Assembly: GCF_048265525.1 (NCBI RefSeq)
Contig: NZ_JBLXBI010000002.1
Span: forward strand, 310,903-350,902
Source of the DNA: Idiomarina sp.
GTDB taxonomy: Bacteria > Pseudomonadota > Gammaproteobacteria > Enterobacterales > Alteromonadaceae
Length of the DNA stretch: 40,000 nucleotides
Reading direction: 5' to 3'
The notes beneath the pieces are model-generated. The model did no database searches, was not told where the DNA came from, and saw nothing but the letters and a program-made list of their open reading frames with translations. Positions 1-8,649 of the stretch are shown piece by piece; position 1 is the first letter of the stretch; each line of letters begins with the position of its first letter. Both the position numbers and the translations under genes were made by a program.

Positions 1-61
1 CCAGCGTCATATGCAGCAGCAAGCTGAACAGGCTCAGGGTCAGCAAACTGCAGACGCGTAA
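1..61 (+). CDS. 3' end of a gene running off the window edge, possibly secB
   Basis: The open frame from the edge ends ...QRHMQQQAEQAQGQQTADA with stop TAA at 59-61. The Gln/Ala/acidic tail and the position directly upstream of gpsA resemble the secB-gpsA arrangement. The fragment is too short to be sure. Confidence 0.4.
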   Translation, partial: QRHMQQQAEQAQGQQTADA

Positions 62-73
62 GCAGATACAATA

Positions 74-1075
74 ATGCAGACACCTCAGGTGACAGTATTA
101 GGGGCGGGCTCTTACGGGACCGCCCTTGCTATTTGTTTTGCCCGCAAAGGTATTCCTACTACCTTGTGGGGGCGGGATGCCGATAAAGTTGCCGTTATGC
201 AGACGGCTCATGAAAACGAAGAGTATCTGCCTGCGTGCCCGTTTCCGGAATCATTAAAGGTTACTGCCGACTTAGGCGAAGCCCTTAAAGACGTGAAAAA
301 CGTGGTGGTCGTAGTTCCCAGCCACTCGTTCTCGTCTATGCTGAAGCAGGCAAAACCTTTGTTAGCGGAACATGCCCGCGTTGCCTGGGCAACCAAAGGG
401 TTAGAGCCGGACAGTGGGCGTCTTTTGTACGAAGTCGCAGAAGAAACTCTGGGCGACGAGCATCCGTTAGCGGTGTTATCCGGCCCCACTTTTGCTATTG
501 AAATGGCTAAAGGCTTACCTACTGCCATTTCTATGTCGTCAACTGATCAGGCCTTTGTCGAAGAGCTTTCCGGGCTTCTGCATTGTGACCGCTCTTTCCG
601 GGTTTACACCAACAACGACTTTATTGGCGTGCAACTGGGTGGCGTGGTTAAAAATGTCATAGCCATTGGTGCTGGTATGGCCGACGGTATTGGCTTTGGT
701 GCTAACGCCCGCACGGCGCTTATTACCCGCGGGTTGGCTGAACTCACCCGGTTAGGTCTGAAGTTAGGCGCAAAAAGCGAAACCTTTACTGGTATGGCCG
801 GTTTGGGCGATTTAATTCTTACCTGTACCGACAATCAGTCGCGTAATCGCCGTTTTGGCATGGCTTTAGGTCAGGGCAAAGGAGTTGAAGAAGCGCTGAA
901 GAGTATCGGGCAATCGGTTGAAGGCTACCGTAATACCCGTGAAGTGGTTGCTTTAGCAGCGCGCAACGAAGTGGAAATGCCCATCTGTGAGCAGATATAT
1001 GCGGTCCTTTATGAAGGTAAAGAACCGCAACAGGCCGCTATTGATTTATTAAGCCGTGAGCGTAAAACGGAGTGA
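74..1075 (+). CDS. gpsA: NAD(P)H-dependent glycerol-3-phosphate dehydrogenase
   Basis: 333-aa ORF with ATG at 74. It has an N-terminal Rossmann motif ([12 protein letters not shown]) and full-length resemblance to GpsA (..[18 protein letters not shown]..). Confidence 0.95.
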   Translation: MQTPQVTVLGAGSYGTALAICFARKGIPTTLWGRDADKVAVMQTAHENEEYLPACPFPESLKVTADLGEALKDVKNVVVVVPSHSFSSMLKQAKPLLAEHARVAWATKGLEPDSGRLLYEVAEETLGDEHPLAVLSGPTFAIEMAKGLPTAISMSSTDQAFVEELSGLLHCDRSFRVYTNNDFIGVQLGGVVKNVIAIGAGMADGIGFGANARTALITRGLAELTRLGLKLGAKSETFTGMAGLGDLILTCTDNQSRNRRFGMALGQGKGVEEALKSIGQSVEGYRNTREVVALAARNEVEMPICEQIYAVLYEGKEPQQAAIDLLSRERKTE

Positions 1076-1119
1076 TCTGTTTACAGTGACCTGTTTTACG
1101 CCTTTATTTACGCACGTAC

Positions 1120-1710
1120 CTACGAACTAACCAGCTGTTGTTCCATTACCTGCCACTGAGCCGAGAAATGCTCGGTCGGTAAACGCTTAAAGTTAGAGCG
1201 TACAAACTGGCTGATTTTGCCATCGGCATAGCTTAGCAATAAGTTCGCTAATACCGCTTCGTCCACAATAAAGCGCTGCTGTTCGCGCATCGCTTTCTCG
1301 CGCAGTATTTGCTTAATTGAACTCTCTATACGGTTGAACAAGTCTTCCATACGGCCCCGTAAGCGATCATGCTCACCCATTAATGCATCACCTGTCATAA
1401 CACGGGTAATACCGGGGTTACGCTCGGCAAACGTCAGCAACAGTTGCAATATTGCGTGACAGCGGGAGAGGGTGTTTTTCTCCTCGTCCATAATCATATT
1501 AATACGGGTTAGCAGGGTGTCTTCAACAAACTCGATAAGCCCTTCAAACATCCGCGCTTTCGACGGAAAGTGACGATATAAAGCCGCCTCTGAAACGCCT
1601 AAATTAGCCGCCAGTTTTGCTGTAGTAATGCGCTGACCCGGGCTGGTTTCCAGCATTGCCGCTAAAGCCTGTAAAATTTCTTCACGACGGTTACGTTTTT
1701 GTTCTGCCAT
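1120..1710 (-). CDS. slmA: Nucleoid occlusion factor SlmA (TetR family)
   Basis: The 196-aa ORF is colinear with E. coli SlmA as I recall it ([16 protein letters not shown]...[25 protein letters not shown]...[10 protein letters not shown]). It sits in the conserved slmA-dut-coaBC synteny. Confidence 0.9.
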   Translation of the reverse strand: MAEQKRNRREEILQALAAMLETSPGQRITTAKLAANLGVSEAALYRHFPSKARMFEGLIEFVEDTLLTRINMIMDEEKNTLSRCHAILQLLLTFAERNPGITRVMTGDALMGEHDRLRGRMEDLFNRIESSIKQILREKAMREQQRFIVDEAVLANLLLSYADGKISQFVRSNFKRLPTEHFSAQWQVMEQQLVSS

Positions 1711-1758
1711 GACAGTAACTTTCCTTATTTGAGAGGCCAGAATGATTAGTTGCTGTAA

Positions 1759-2214
1759 CTACGAACGACCAGAATGACCAAAACCACCTTCACCACGATC
1801 CGTCTCGTGGAACTCTTCAACAATCGACATTTGCGCCTGCACAACCGGCAAAATCACTAGTTGCGCGATACGGTCGCCGGGCTCAATGGTGTAAGCCTGG
1901 TTACTGCGGTTCCAGCAGGACACTTTAAGCTCGCCCTGATAGTCCGAGTCGATAAGACCGACCAGGTTACCCAGCACCAGACCGTGCTTATGGCCCAGCC
2001 CTGAACGCGGTAAAATAGTGGCCGCATAATTCGGGTCGCCAATGTACATGGCAATACCGGTGCCTATTAACTGAGTTTGTCCTGGCTCAATGGTTAACGG
2101 CTGATCCAGGCAGGCGCGCAGATCCATTCCGGCAGAGCCCTGTGTGGCGTATTCAGGAAGCGGAATAGACTGGCCAATGCGGTCATCTAAAATTTTTACT
2201 TCGACTTGCGTCAT
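1759..2214 (-). CDS. dut: dUTP diphosphatase
   Basis: 151-aa ORF with dUTPase motifs: [17 protein letters not shown] and the C-terminal [10 protein letters not shown]. Confidence 0.95.
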   Translation of the reverse strand: MTQVEVKILDDRIGQSIPLPEYATQGSAGMDLRACLDQPLTIEPGQTQLIGTGIAMYIGDPNYAATILPRSGLGHKHGLVLGNLVGLIDSDYQGELKVSCWNRSNQAYTIEPGDRIAQLVILPVVQAQMSIVEEFHETDRGEGGFGHSGRS

Positions 2215-2247
2215 GGAGTTCTCACTTTCTTATTAATTAGCCCTGAA

Positions 2248-3468
2248 TTAAGGAGCTGTAGTATTAAAATAACGTTTGGCTATCGCGTCGATAATTGCAA
2301 TAGCCATATCATGCTTGCTCATTGTTGGAAGTGACTGCTCACTGTCCTTACTCAAAATAATGGCGTTATTGCTGTCGCTGTTAAAACCCAGCCCAACCTG
2401 ACTGACGTCGTTAGCGACAATCATTTGCAGTTGTTTTCGTTCCAGTTTACGTAGCGCGTTGGCTTTTAGGTTTTCAGTTTCGGCCGCAAACCCAACGGTA
2501 AAAGGTGGTTTTTCAGAGCTGGCTACCTGCTGCAGAATGTCCGGGTTTTGCACCAGTTTGAGTTGCGGTGGCTGGTTGTTTTGTTCTTTTTTAATTTTCT
2601 GCGAGGCAACCTCAGCAACTCTATAGTCCGACACGGCAGCACAGCCAATAAACACATCGCAGTTTGGCAGTTGCTGTTGTACCGCGTTTAGCATTTGTTC
2701 GGTAGTCTCCACATCAACGCGTTGAACACCAGCGGGCGTGGGCAGTTGCGTTGGCCCCGATACTAAAATGACTTTAGCCCCTGCATGTGCAGCAGCTTCA
2801 GCCAGGGCATACCCCATCTTACCGGAACTGTGGTTACTGATGTAGCGCACGGGGTCGATGGCTTCACGGGTCGGGCCTGCGGTAATCACAAAGGTTTTAC
2901 CCTGCCAATCTTGCTTGGCTTCAGGGGCTTTTTTTATTAACGCCTGCACAATCTCTGTAGGGTCACTCATGCGGCCGTAACCGACATCGCCACAGGCCTG
3001 TTCGCCACTTTCCGGGCCTATCATTTGCACGCCACGGCTCAGTAGCGTTTCAATGTTTTCCTGCACCGCAGTAGCCGCCCACATTTGCTGATTCATTGCC
3101 GGAGCAATAGCTAGCGGTGCTTTACTGGCTAAAACCAGGGTACTCAACAGGTCATCGGCAAAGCCGTGAGCAATACGGGCAATAGTGTTAGCCGTTGCCG
3201 GAGCAATAAGAATAAGATCCGCCCAGCGAGCCAGTTCAATATGGCCCATAGCGGCTTCTGCTGTGGGATCCAGCAGGTCGTCGCTGACCGTAAAGCCGGA
3301 CACAGCTTGTAAGCTAAGTGGGGTTACGAAGGCTTTAGCACCGGCAGTCAGCACCACACGAACTTCTGCGCCCTGCTCACGCAAACGGCGCACCAGGTCA
3401 GGCGCCTTATAGGCGGCAATGCCACCGGTAATACCTAAAAGTATGTGTTTGTTCTGCAGCTGTGCCAT
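2248..3468 (-). CDS. coaBC: Bifunctional phosphopantothenoylcysteine decarboxylase / phosphopantothenate-cysteine ligase
   Basis: 406-aa ORF with an N-terminal flavoprotein motif (GITGGIAAYK) and a C-terminal CoaB domain (ITAGPTREAIDPVRYISNHSSGKMG). Confidence 0.95.
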   Translation of the reverse strand: MAQLQNKHILLGITGGIAAYKAPDLVRRLREQGAEVRVVLTAGAKAFVTPLSLQAVSGFTVSDDLLDPTAEAAMGHIELARWADLILIAPATANTIARIAHGFADDLLSTLVLASKAPLAIAPAMNQQMWAATAVQENIETLLSRGVQMIGPESGEQACGDVGYGRMSDPTEIVQALIKKAPEAKQDWQGKTFVITAGPTREAIDPVRYISNHSSGKMGYALAEAAAHAGAKVILVSGPTQLPTPAGVQRVDVETTEQMLNAVQQQLPNCDVFIGCAAVSDYRVAEVASQKIKKEQNNQPPQLKLVQNPDILQQVASSEKPPFTVGFAAETENLKANALRKLERKQLQMIVANDVSQVGLGFNSDSNNAIILSKDSEQSLPTMSKHDMAIAIIDAIAKRYFNTTAP

Positions 3469-3867
3469 GCGAACCCCTTAGTGTTAAGTCGTGTAAAGAT
3501 AACATGAGACCCCGTAACTGGGTAGATGGTCGTTATACTTCTCTCTTAAGAATTAAGGTAAGAATTAAGGAGAAAAGAATGAGCGTCAAGGAATGGCCCG
3601 TTTCGGAACGACCGAGAGAAAAACTGCAGACCCAGGGGGCAGAATACCTGAGTGACGCAGAATTATTAGCTATTTTACTTGGTAGCGGCAGTGGCGGGCA
3701 GGACGTTGTCAGTTTTGCGCGTCGTTTACTAAGTGACTTTGGCGGTGTAGGCGCCTTGCTAACAGCTACACCTGAGCAGCTATTGGCTTGCAACGGCATA
3801 GGCCCGGCCCGTGTGAATCAGTTGCGGGTTGTGCTGGAATTGTCACGACGCTACCTGAAATGGCAGC

Positions 3868-3872
3868 TGGAG
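3868..3872. repeat. 5-bp target-site duplication TGGAG (copy 1)
   Basis: TGGAG lies immediately outside the element end at 3873. The identical pentamer lies immediately outside the other end (30709-30713). A 5-bp duplication is the Tn7-family hallmark. Confidence 0.9.
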
Positions 3873-3880
3873 TGTAAGTT
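3873..3880 (+). repeat. Terminal inverted repeat, tnsA-proximal end (Tn7R by convention)
   Basis: TGTAAGTT is the exact reverse complement of 30701-30708. It starts with the TGT typical of Tn7-family ends. Confidence 0.85.
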
Positions 3881-3932
3881 CTATTGCTAACTGATAGTAT
3901 CTAATCAATTTCCATTAATAAATAAAAGCACA

Positions 3933-4586
3933 ATGAATTTCTACTCCTCAAAAGTCAGAAAGATTGGTGTTACCACACGAAGCGTATCTGGGGTTGTTCC
4001 GGATATCGGCTCTTTTGAGTCTTCATTGGAGAGAGATTTTATGGAGTTGACCCGCTTTGATTCAAATATCGAAGAAATAATTCCGCAGCCAATGACCATA
4101 GGTTATTTCGATACACAAGGCGGTTCTCGGCACTACACTCCTGATGGTCTTTTAACGTATAAACTGGAGTTAAACACTCCTCCTATTCTCTATGAAATAA
4201 AGTACCGATCTGACTTCAAAGACCAATGGAGAAACTTGATTCCTAAGCTTCGCGCAGCAAAACAGTTTGCTAAAAGTCGGGGCTGGATGTTTAAGGTGTT
4301 TACAGAAAAGGAAATAAGAACAACTTATTTAGATAATGTGAAGTTCCTTTGGTCATTCAAGCAGCGAGAAACTGATGAAGAAATGACGTCTTACATCCTT
4401 TCGGTTATGAGTGACCTTCAAGAAGCAGATCCGGCATTACTGCTCGCTGCTCTATTCAATTCTAAAAAGAACCAGGCAGCTGTCATTCCACTACTATGGA
4501 ATTTAATTGCGAACTTACGTATTGGTTGCGATTTAAATGAACCGTTAACAATGCATAGTAAAATTTGGACAAGAGAAGACTTATGA
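3933..4586 (+). CDS. tnsA: TnsA-like endonuclease subunit of heteromeric transposase
   Basis: This 217-aa ORF is the first gene inside the end. It has a restriction-endonuclease-like motif set: E (SLERDF), PD (HYTPDGLL) and ExK (LYEIKYRSD). Its stop overlaps the next gene's ATG (ATGA). Confidence 0.85.
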   Translation: MNFYSSKVRKIGVTTRSVSGVVPDIGSFESSLERDFMELTRFDSNIEEIIPQPMTIGYFDTQGGSRHYTPDGLLTYKLELNTPPILYEIKYRSDFKDQWRNLIPKLRAAKQFAKSRGWMFKVFTEKEIRTTYLDNVKFLWSFKQRETDEEMTSYILSVMSDLQEADPALLLAALFNSKKNQAAVIPLLWNLIANLRIGCDLNEPLTMHSKIWTREDL

Positions 4587-6490
4587 ACTCAGTAATCCCA
4601 GGAAAAGTCGCCTATTGGAATGATCAATCTGTTCTTGTATTGGAGCTAAAAGGATTCTCTAAAGCAATCGTTCGGTTCATTGAAACTGGCTCTACGGATA
4701 TTGTTCCAGTTCGTGATTTAGCATTAAATCCAGCTGAAGCAGCTAAAAACCATCAAAGCAAACACCTAGTCGCCGAAGATAAGGAGTGGGAATTGGCATT
4801 GGAGCGCTTCGAGGTAATAAAACCTTTACTGGAGAACTCTGGCAGAACCGAGAATGACGTTAAGGAAGTTGCTAGAAAAGAAGCAAAAGGAACAACTACA
4901 ATTTATCGGTGGTTAAAACGCTTTGAAGAAACCGGCTTGGTCTCTTCTCTGTTGAGACAAGCTCGAACTGATAAGGGCGATCATAAATTAGTTGATGAGG
5001 TTGAAGAACTAATACAGGCTCAGATTGAGAAAGAATATCTGAGAAAAGAACGACCCTCAGTACTGAAGCTCTACAGAATAATAAAAGCTGAATGTATAAA
5101 AGCTGACCTCCCAGTCCCACACAAAAATACGGTATACGCTCGAGTGCGTAGAATCGACGATAAAGAATCTATTAGAAGGCGTATAAGCCCAAAGGCTGCA
5201 AAGCAACAGTTTCAGCCTATAACTGGCCGATTCCCGGGTGGGAATTACCCAAATTCCGTCGTCCAAATTGACCATACAAAAGTTGACTTAATCATTGTGG
5301 ATGAGGCGCACCGTCTGCCAGTCGGGCGGCCTTACCTTACTATCGCCATTGATGTGGCGACCAAAATGATATCAGGATTCAAAATAACATTAGATCCTCC
5401 GAGTGCATCGACTGTCGGACTGTGTGTTGCTCATGCAATCATGTCCAAAGACAACTGGCTCGCTAAGAGAGACATAGATGCTGAGTGGCCCATATATGGA
5501 AAAATGGAAAAAATACATGTTGATAACGGGAAGGACTTTCGTAGCAATATGCTTAAAAGAGCCTGTCAGCAACACGGCATCATTCTAGAGTTCCGCCCGA
5601 AAGGGCAGCCTAATTACGGCCCTCATGTAGAAAGAGCATTCAGAACTTTCATGCAGGAAGTACAAACGATACCGGGAACTACTTTTTCATCTGTGAAAGA
5701 TAAGCTCGATTATGACTCGGAAGGTAATGCATGTATGACATTGGCGGAGCTTGAGCTTTGGTTTACCAATTTCATTGTATATTACTATCATCATAAGTCA
5801 CACAAAGGCATTAATAAAATGGCGCCGATCAAACTTTATACGGAAGCTGTTTTTGGTGATAAATATAAACCAGGTATTGGACTGCCTGCTCCTGTCGAAG
5901 ATGAGGAGACCCTTCGTTTGGACTTTACGCCTTATGTAGAGCGTACTGTACAGAGACAAGGCGTTATCATAGACAATATCCACTATTATTCAGATGTCCT
6001 GAGAAAATGGATCGGTGCAAAGGAAGTCAACGACCGAACGAAGAAACGTAAATTCATATTTGCACGAGATCCCAGGGATATAAGCGTTATTCACTTCTTT
6101 GATCCTGATACTCACCGGTATGTGCCGATCCCATACCTTAATTCTTCTCGTCCAACGGTAAGTTTATGGGAATTAAAAGCTGTCGCCAAATCCTTAAAAG
6201 ACGATGAGCAGCCGTTTATTGATGAAGATGCAATTTTTAAGGGTATCCAGCGAATGCGTGAAATTGAAGCTGAAGCAGTAGAAAGAACGCGGTTGGCTAA
6301 GCAACAGCGCGCGACAGAAAAACGAAAACGAAGAATGGCCGAAAGACGAAATAATTGGACGATAGAGGATAACAAGCCAGATAAACATGATGAGCCGAAG
6401 ATACTTGGACCGAATGTTGATGACGCTGAAGACTTCGATGAGACCGATTTTGATGATATCCAACCGTTTTCTGATGTTGAACTGAATTAA
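4583..6490 (+). CDS. tnsB: TnsB-like DDE transposase
   Basis: The DDE triad context is intact: VVQIDHTKVD, IHVDNGKDFRS and GPHVERAFRT. There is an N-terminal HTH region and an acidic C-terminal tail. I prefer the ATG at 4583 (ATGA overlap with the tnsA stop) over the TTG at 4565 used by the ORF track. Confidence 0.9.
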   Translation: MNSVIPGKVAYWNDQSVLVLELKGFSKAIVRFIETGSTDIVPVRDLALNPAEAAKNHQSKHLVAEDKEWELALERFEVIKPLLENSGRTENDVKEVARKEAKGTTTIYRWLKRFEETGLVSSLLRQARTDKGDHKLVDEVEELIQAQIEKEYLRKERPSVLKLYRIIKAECIKADLPVPHKNTVYARVRRIDDKESIRRRISPKAAKQQFQPITGRFPGGNYPNSVVQIDHTKVDLIIVDEAHRLPVGRPYLTIAIDVATKMISGFKITLDPPSASTVGLCVAHAIMSKDNWLAKRDIDAEWPIYGKMEKIHVDNGKDFRSNMLKRACQQHGIILEFRPKGQPNYGPHVERAFRTFMQEVQTIPGTTFSSVKDKLDYDSEGNACMTLAELELWFTNFIVYYYHHKSHKGINKMAPIKLYTEAVFGDKYKPGIGLPAPVEDEETLRLDFTPYVERTVQRQGVIIDNIHYYSDVLRKWIGAKEVNDRTKKRKFIFARDPRDISVIHFFDPDTHRYVPIPYLNSSRPTVSLWELKAVAKSLKDDEQPFIDEDAIFKGIQRMREIEAEAVERTRLAKQQRATEKRKRRMAERRNNWTIEDNKPDKHDEPKILGPNVDDAEDFDETDFDDIQPFSDVELN

Positions 6491-6499
6491 GGGCTAAAT

Positions 6500-7393
6500 A
6501 TGAATTCATACCCTCACTTACATAAAAACTGCATTGAAAAGTTAGAGTGGGATGTAGAAGCTCGAGTTAAAGATATAAAACAACCTAGGTGGATTGGCTA
6601 TCCTCGAGCTCATGAAGTTCTTCATCGGTTTGACGATATTTTAGTGCATCCGCGGGTATCTCGGATGCCAAACCTCATGCTTATAGGTAGAACGAATAAT
6701 GGAAAAACAGAGTTGCTGAGAAAGTTTTGCCAACAACACCTTCCAGACCCCAATAGCTCAGGAGATAGCTTTATCGTTCCAGTGATGTATATGCAAGCTC
6801 CTCCTTCTCCTAACGAGTCCGATTTATATGTGCAAATACTTAATAACCTCTATGAGCGGGTCCCTGCTTCTTCTATATCGGCCAAAAGAAGTCGGGTAAT
6901 TGATGTTTTGAGGAAAATTGAGCTTAAGGTGTTGTGCATTGATGAGCTGCATAACTCGCTAGCAGGCTCCTCCGTGAAGCAACAGAATTTTTTGAATACC
7001 CTGAAGTATTTAGGTAATGAATTAAAAATTTCATTTATTGCTTCTGGAACCGAAGATTTATTGAGAGCTACCAGTATTGATAACCAAATTCAAAATCGAT
7101 TTGAACCAATTCTGTTAAAAAAATGGACGTTAACTAAAGAGTTTCGCCAGCTACTACGCACTTTTGAATCTATATTACCTTTAAAGCGGCCCTCCAAATT
7201 GCATAGTGGGTTATTGAGTAAAAAAATACTTGCTCTTTCTGAGGGAACAATCGGAGAGCTATCAACCCTACTGAATAAGGCGACAGTCTGCGCCATTCGA
7301 AGTGGCTCAGAGTGCATAGATACCGAGGTGCTTGCAAATTGCGGCTATATCCCACCAAGCGAGCGAATCAGAGATTCGGCTCTCGGTATCTAA
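6500..7393 (+). CDS. tnsC: TnsC/TniB-like AAA+ ATPase transposition regulator
   Basis: 297 aa with Walker A (GRTNNGKTEL) and Walker B (VLCIDELH). It sits between tnsB and tniQ, and its stop TAA overlaps the next ATG (TAATG). Confidence 0.85.
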   Translation: MNSYPHLHKNCIEKLEWDVEARVKDIKQPRWIGYPRAHEVLHRFDDILVHPRVSRMPNLMLIGRTNNGKTELLRKFCQQHLPDPNSSGDSFIVPVMYMQAPPSPNESDLYVQILNNLYERVPASSISAKRSRVIDVLRKIELKVLCIDELHNSLAGSSVKQQNFLNTLKYLGNELKISFIASGTEDLLRATSIDNQIQNRFEPILLKKWTLTKEFRQLLRTFESILPLKRPSKLHSGLLSKKILALSEGTIGELSTLLNKATVCAIRSGSECIDTEVLANCGYIPPSERIRDSALGI

Positions 7394-8538
7394 TGATTCT
7401 CCCAATTCATCCTAGGCCTCAGAATAGTGAACTATTGTCGTCGTGGATAACGCGACTGGCGATAGAAAACGGCTTTTACTCGCATTCCTTTTTCAAAAGT
7501 ATCATTGGCTTAAAAGAAGATATCGTTAGGACAGATGTCGATCGGAGTAATTCCACCGAACTTATTGGAAAATTATCGCAGGTTAGTGGAATAAGTGCCG
7601 ATGAACTATCAAAGCTGTGTATGAGCTCATTGCAGGGTGAAGTTTTTTCACATGACAGCCTGGGTACTTGCGTTCGCTGGGTTTTACCTCTTGGTTTTTA
7701 TCACAGAATAAAAAGAAGAAGAGGGATAGTCTATTGTCCACTTTGTTTGAAAGAAGATGAGGTAAGGCACTTTCGAAAAAGCTGGCGATTGGCTTTTATG
7801 AATCTATGCGAAAAACATGGGTGTGTCTTATGGGATCACTGCTATCACTGTAAAGCTAACGTTGATTATCAAAGAGTGGGGATAGGTAGTAAGTCTTATG
7901 ATACCCCCAATAAAGACTTAGGACTTTGCTTTAACTGCCATAAGCCGCTCTGGGATGCCCCTACAAAAAGGCTTTCGCTAGATTTAGAAAGGTTCTCCGC
8001 ACCCTACAGAGATTTTATATCGGTATACGAGTCAGGAGGCTCTATTTTACCGGCCTTAAATCAACCACTGAACTTACAAGTGTTTAACGGACTTTGGACT
8101 TTGGCTGGAAGGGTTGCTTCAGTGCGGGCTGTGGAAGTGAGAGCTCGAATTCTTAGGGAGACAGGAATAGAAATTTCACCCTTAAAGCCAAACAACAGTT
8201 TTGAAGGATTCCCGCTTCAGCAAAGGCTTAATATCTTTATCGTTGTTCTATACTATTTGCAAAGCTGGCCCCATAAGTTCATCAATTTGGTAAAGAACAC
8301 CCACTTTACAGTTAGTGCGTTTGGAAATGACATTGAGCAGCTACCATTTTGGCTAAGCTCAGTTATTTTTGAGCACATGAATTCGACTCCTTACGCTACG
8401 ACTGAGCGAGAAGTAATAAATGCAATGAAGTACCTACAAGCGGTAAATCCAGACTTCAAAAAAGTAGAATTGGCTAAACTGCTAGGGATTGATATTTGTA
8501 CTTTAAATAGACGTTTGAAGGGGATGAGTCGACGATAA
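7393..8538 (+). CDS. tnsD: TniQ/TnsD-family target selector
   Basis: The N-terminus MILPIHPRPQNSELLSSWITRLAIENG is typical of TniQ. It has a Cys/His zinc cluster (CPLCL...CEKHGC...CYHC...CFNCH) and a C-terminal HTH-like segment. The start is taken at ATG 7393, not at the upstream in-frame extension from 7312. Confidence 0.85.
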   Translation: MILPIHPRPQNSELLSSWITRLAIENGFYSHSFFKSIIGLKEDIVRTDVDRSNSTELIGKLSQVSGISADELSKLCMSSLQGEVFSHDSLGTCVRWVLPLGFYHRIKRRRGIVYCPLCLKEDEVRHFRKSWRLAFMNLCEKHGCVLWDHCYHCKANVDYQRVGIGSKSYDTPNKDLGLCFNCHKPLWDAPTKRLSLDLERFSAPYRDFISVYESGGSILPALNQPLNLQVFNGLWTLAGRVASVRAVEVRARILRETGIEISPLKPNNSFEGFPLQQRLNIFIVVLYYLQSWPHKFINLVKNTHFTVSAFGNDIEQLPFWLSSVIFEHMNSTPYATTEREVINAMKYLQAVNPDFKKVELAKLLGIDICTLNRRLKGMSRR

Positions 8539-8649
8539 CTCAAGGTATACGTTTCTTACATCATCTTGTTACAGAGGTTGACTCACTGAATTTAACCAAT
8601 ATACATTAGTATTTGATAGTCACTCCTTGGACTTTAATAAGAGCTAGAT

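Larger units (their letters stand above)
3579..3890 (+). pseudogene. radC: radC 5' fragment (N-terminal HhH region), truncated by transposon insertion
   Basis: ATG at 3579 is preceded by AAGGAG (3567-3572). The ORF encodes ERPREKL...LSDAELLAILLGSG...GIGPARVNQL...LSRRYLKWQLE. It then crosses the transposon end at 3873 and terminates after foreign codons (CKFYC*). The remainder of RadC is found at 30708-31094. Confidence 0.88.

Noticed and set aside
208-834. Minus-strand ORFs 208-528 and 604-834 inside gpsA
   Set aside because: They are fully antisense to a confidently identified conserved gene and have low-complexity, Ala/Pro/Ser-rich translations. They are typical shadow ORFs.
3462-3578. N-terminal extension of the radC ORF from 3462 (MPCEPLSVKS...)
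   Set aside because: It overlaps the coaBC start region and has no RBS. The conserved RadC sequence starts at ATG 3579, which has an AAGGAG RBS.
3185-3799. ORFs 3185-3412 (+) and 3533-3799 (-) overlapping coaBC / radC
   Set aside because: They are antisense to recognised genes and have biased composition. They are shadow ORFs.
4565-4582. TTG start at 4565 for tnsB
   Set aside because: The ATG at 4583 forms an ATGA overlap with the tnsA stop, which is a classic coupling arrangement. The TTG extension adds only 6 non-conserved residues.
7312-7392. Upstream extension of the TniQ ORF (MHRYRGACKL...)
   Set aside because: It lies entirely within the tnsC coding region. The TniQ-typical N-terminus begins at the ATG at 7393, which overlaps the tnsC stop.
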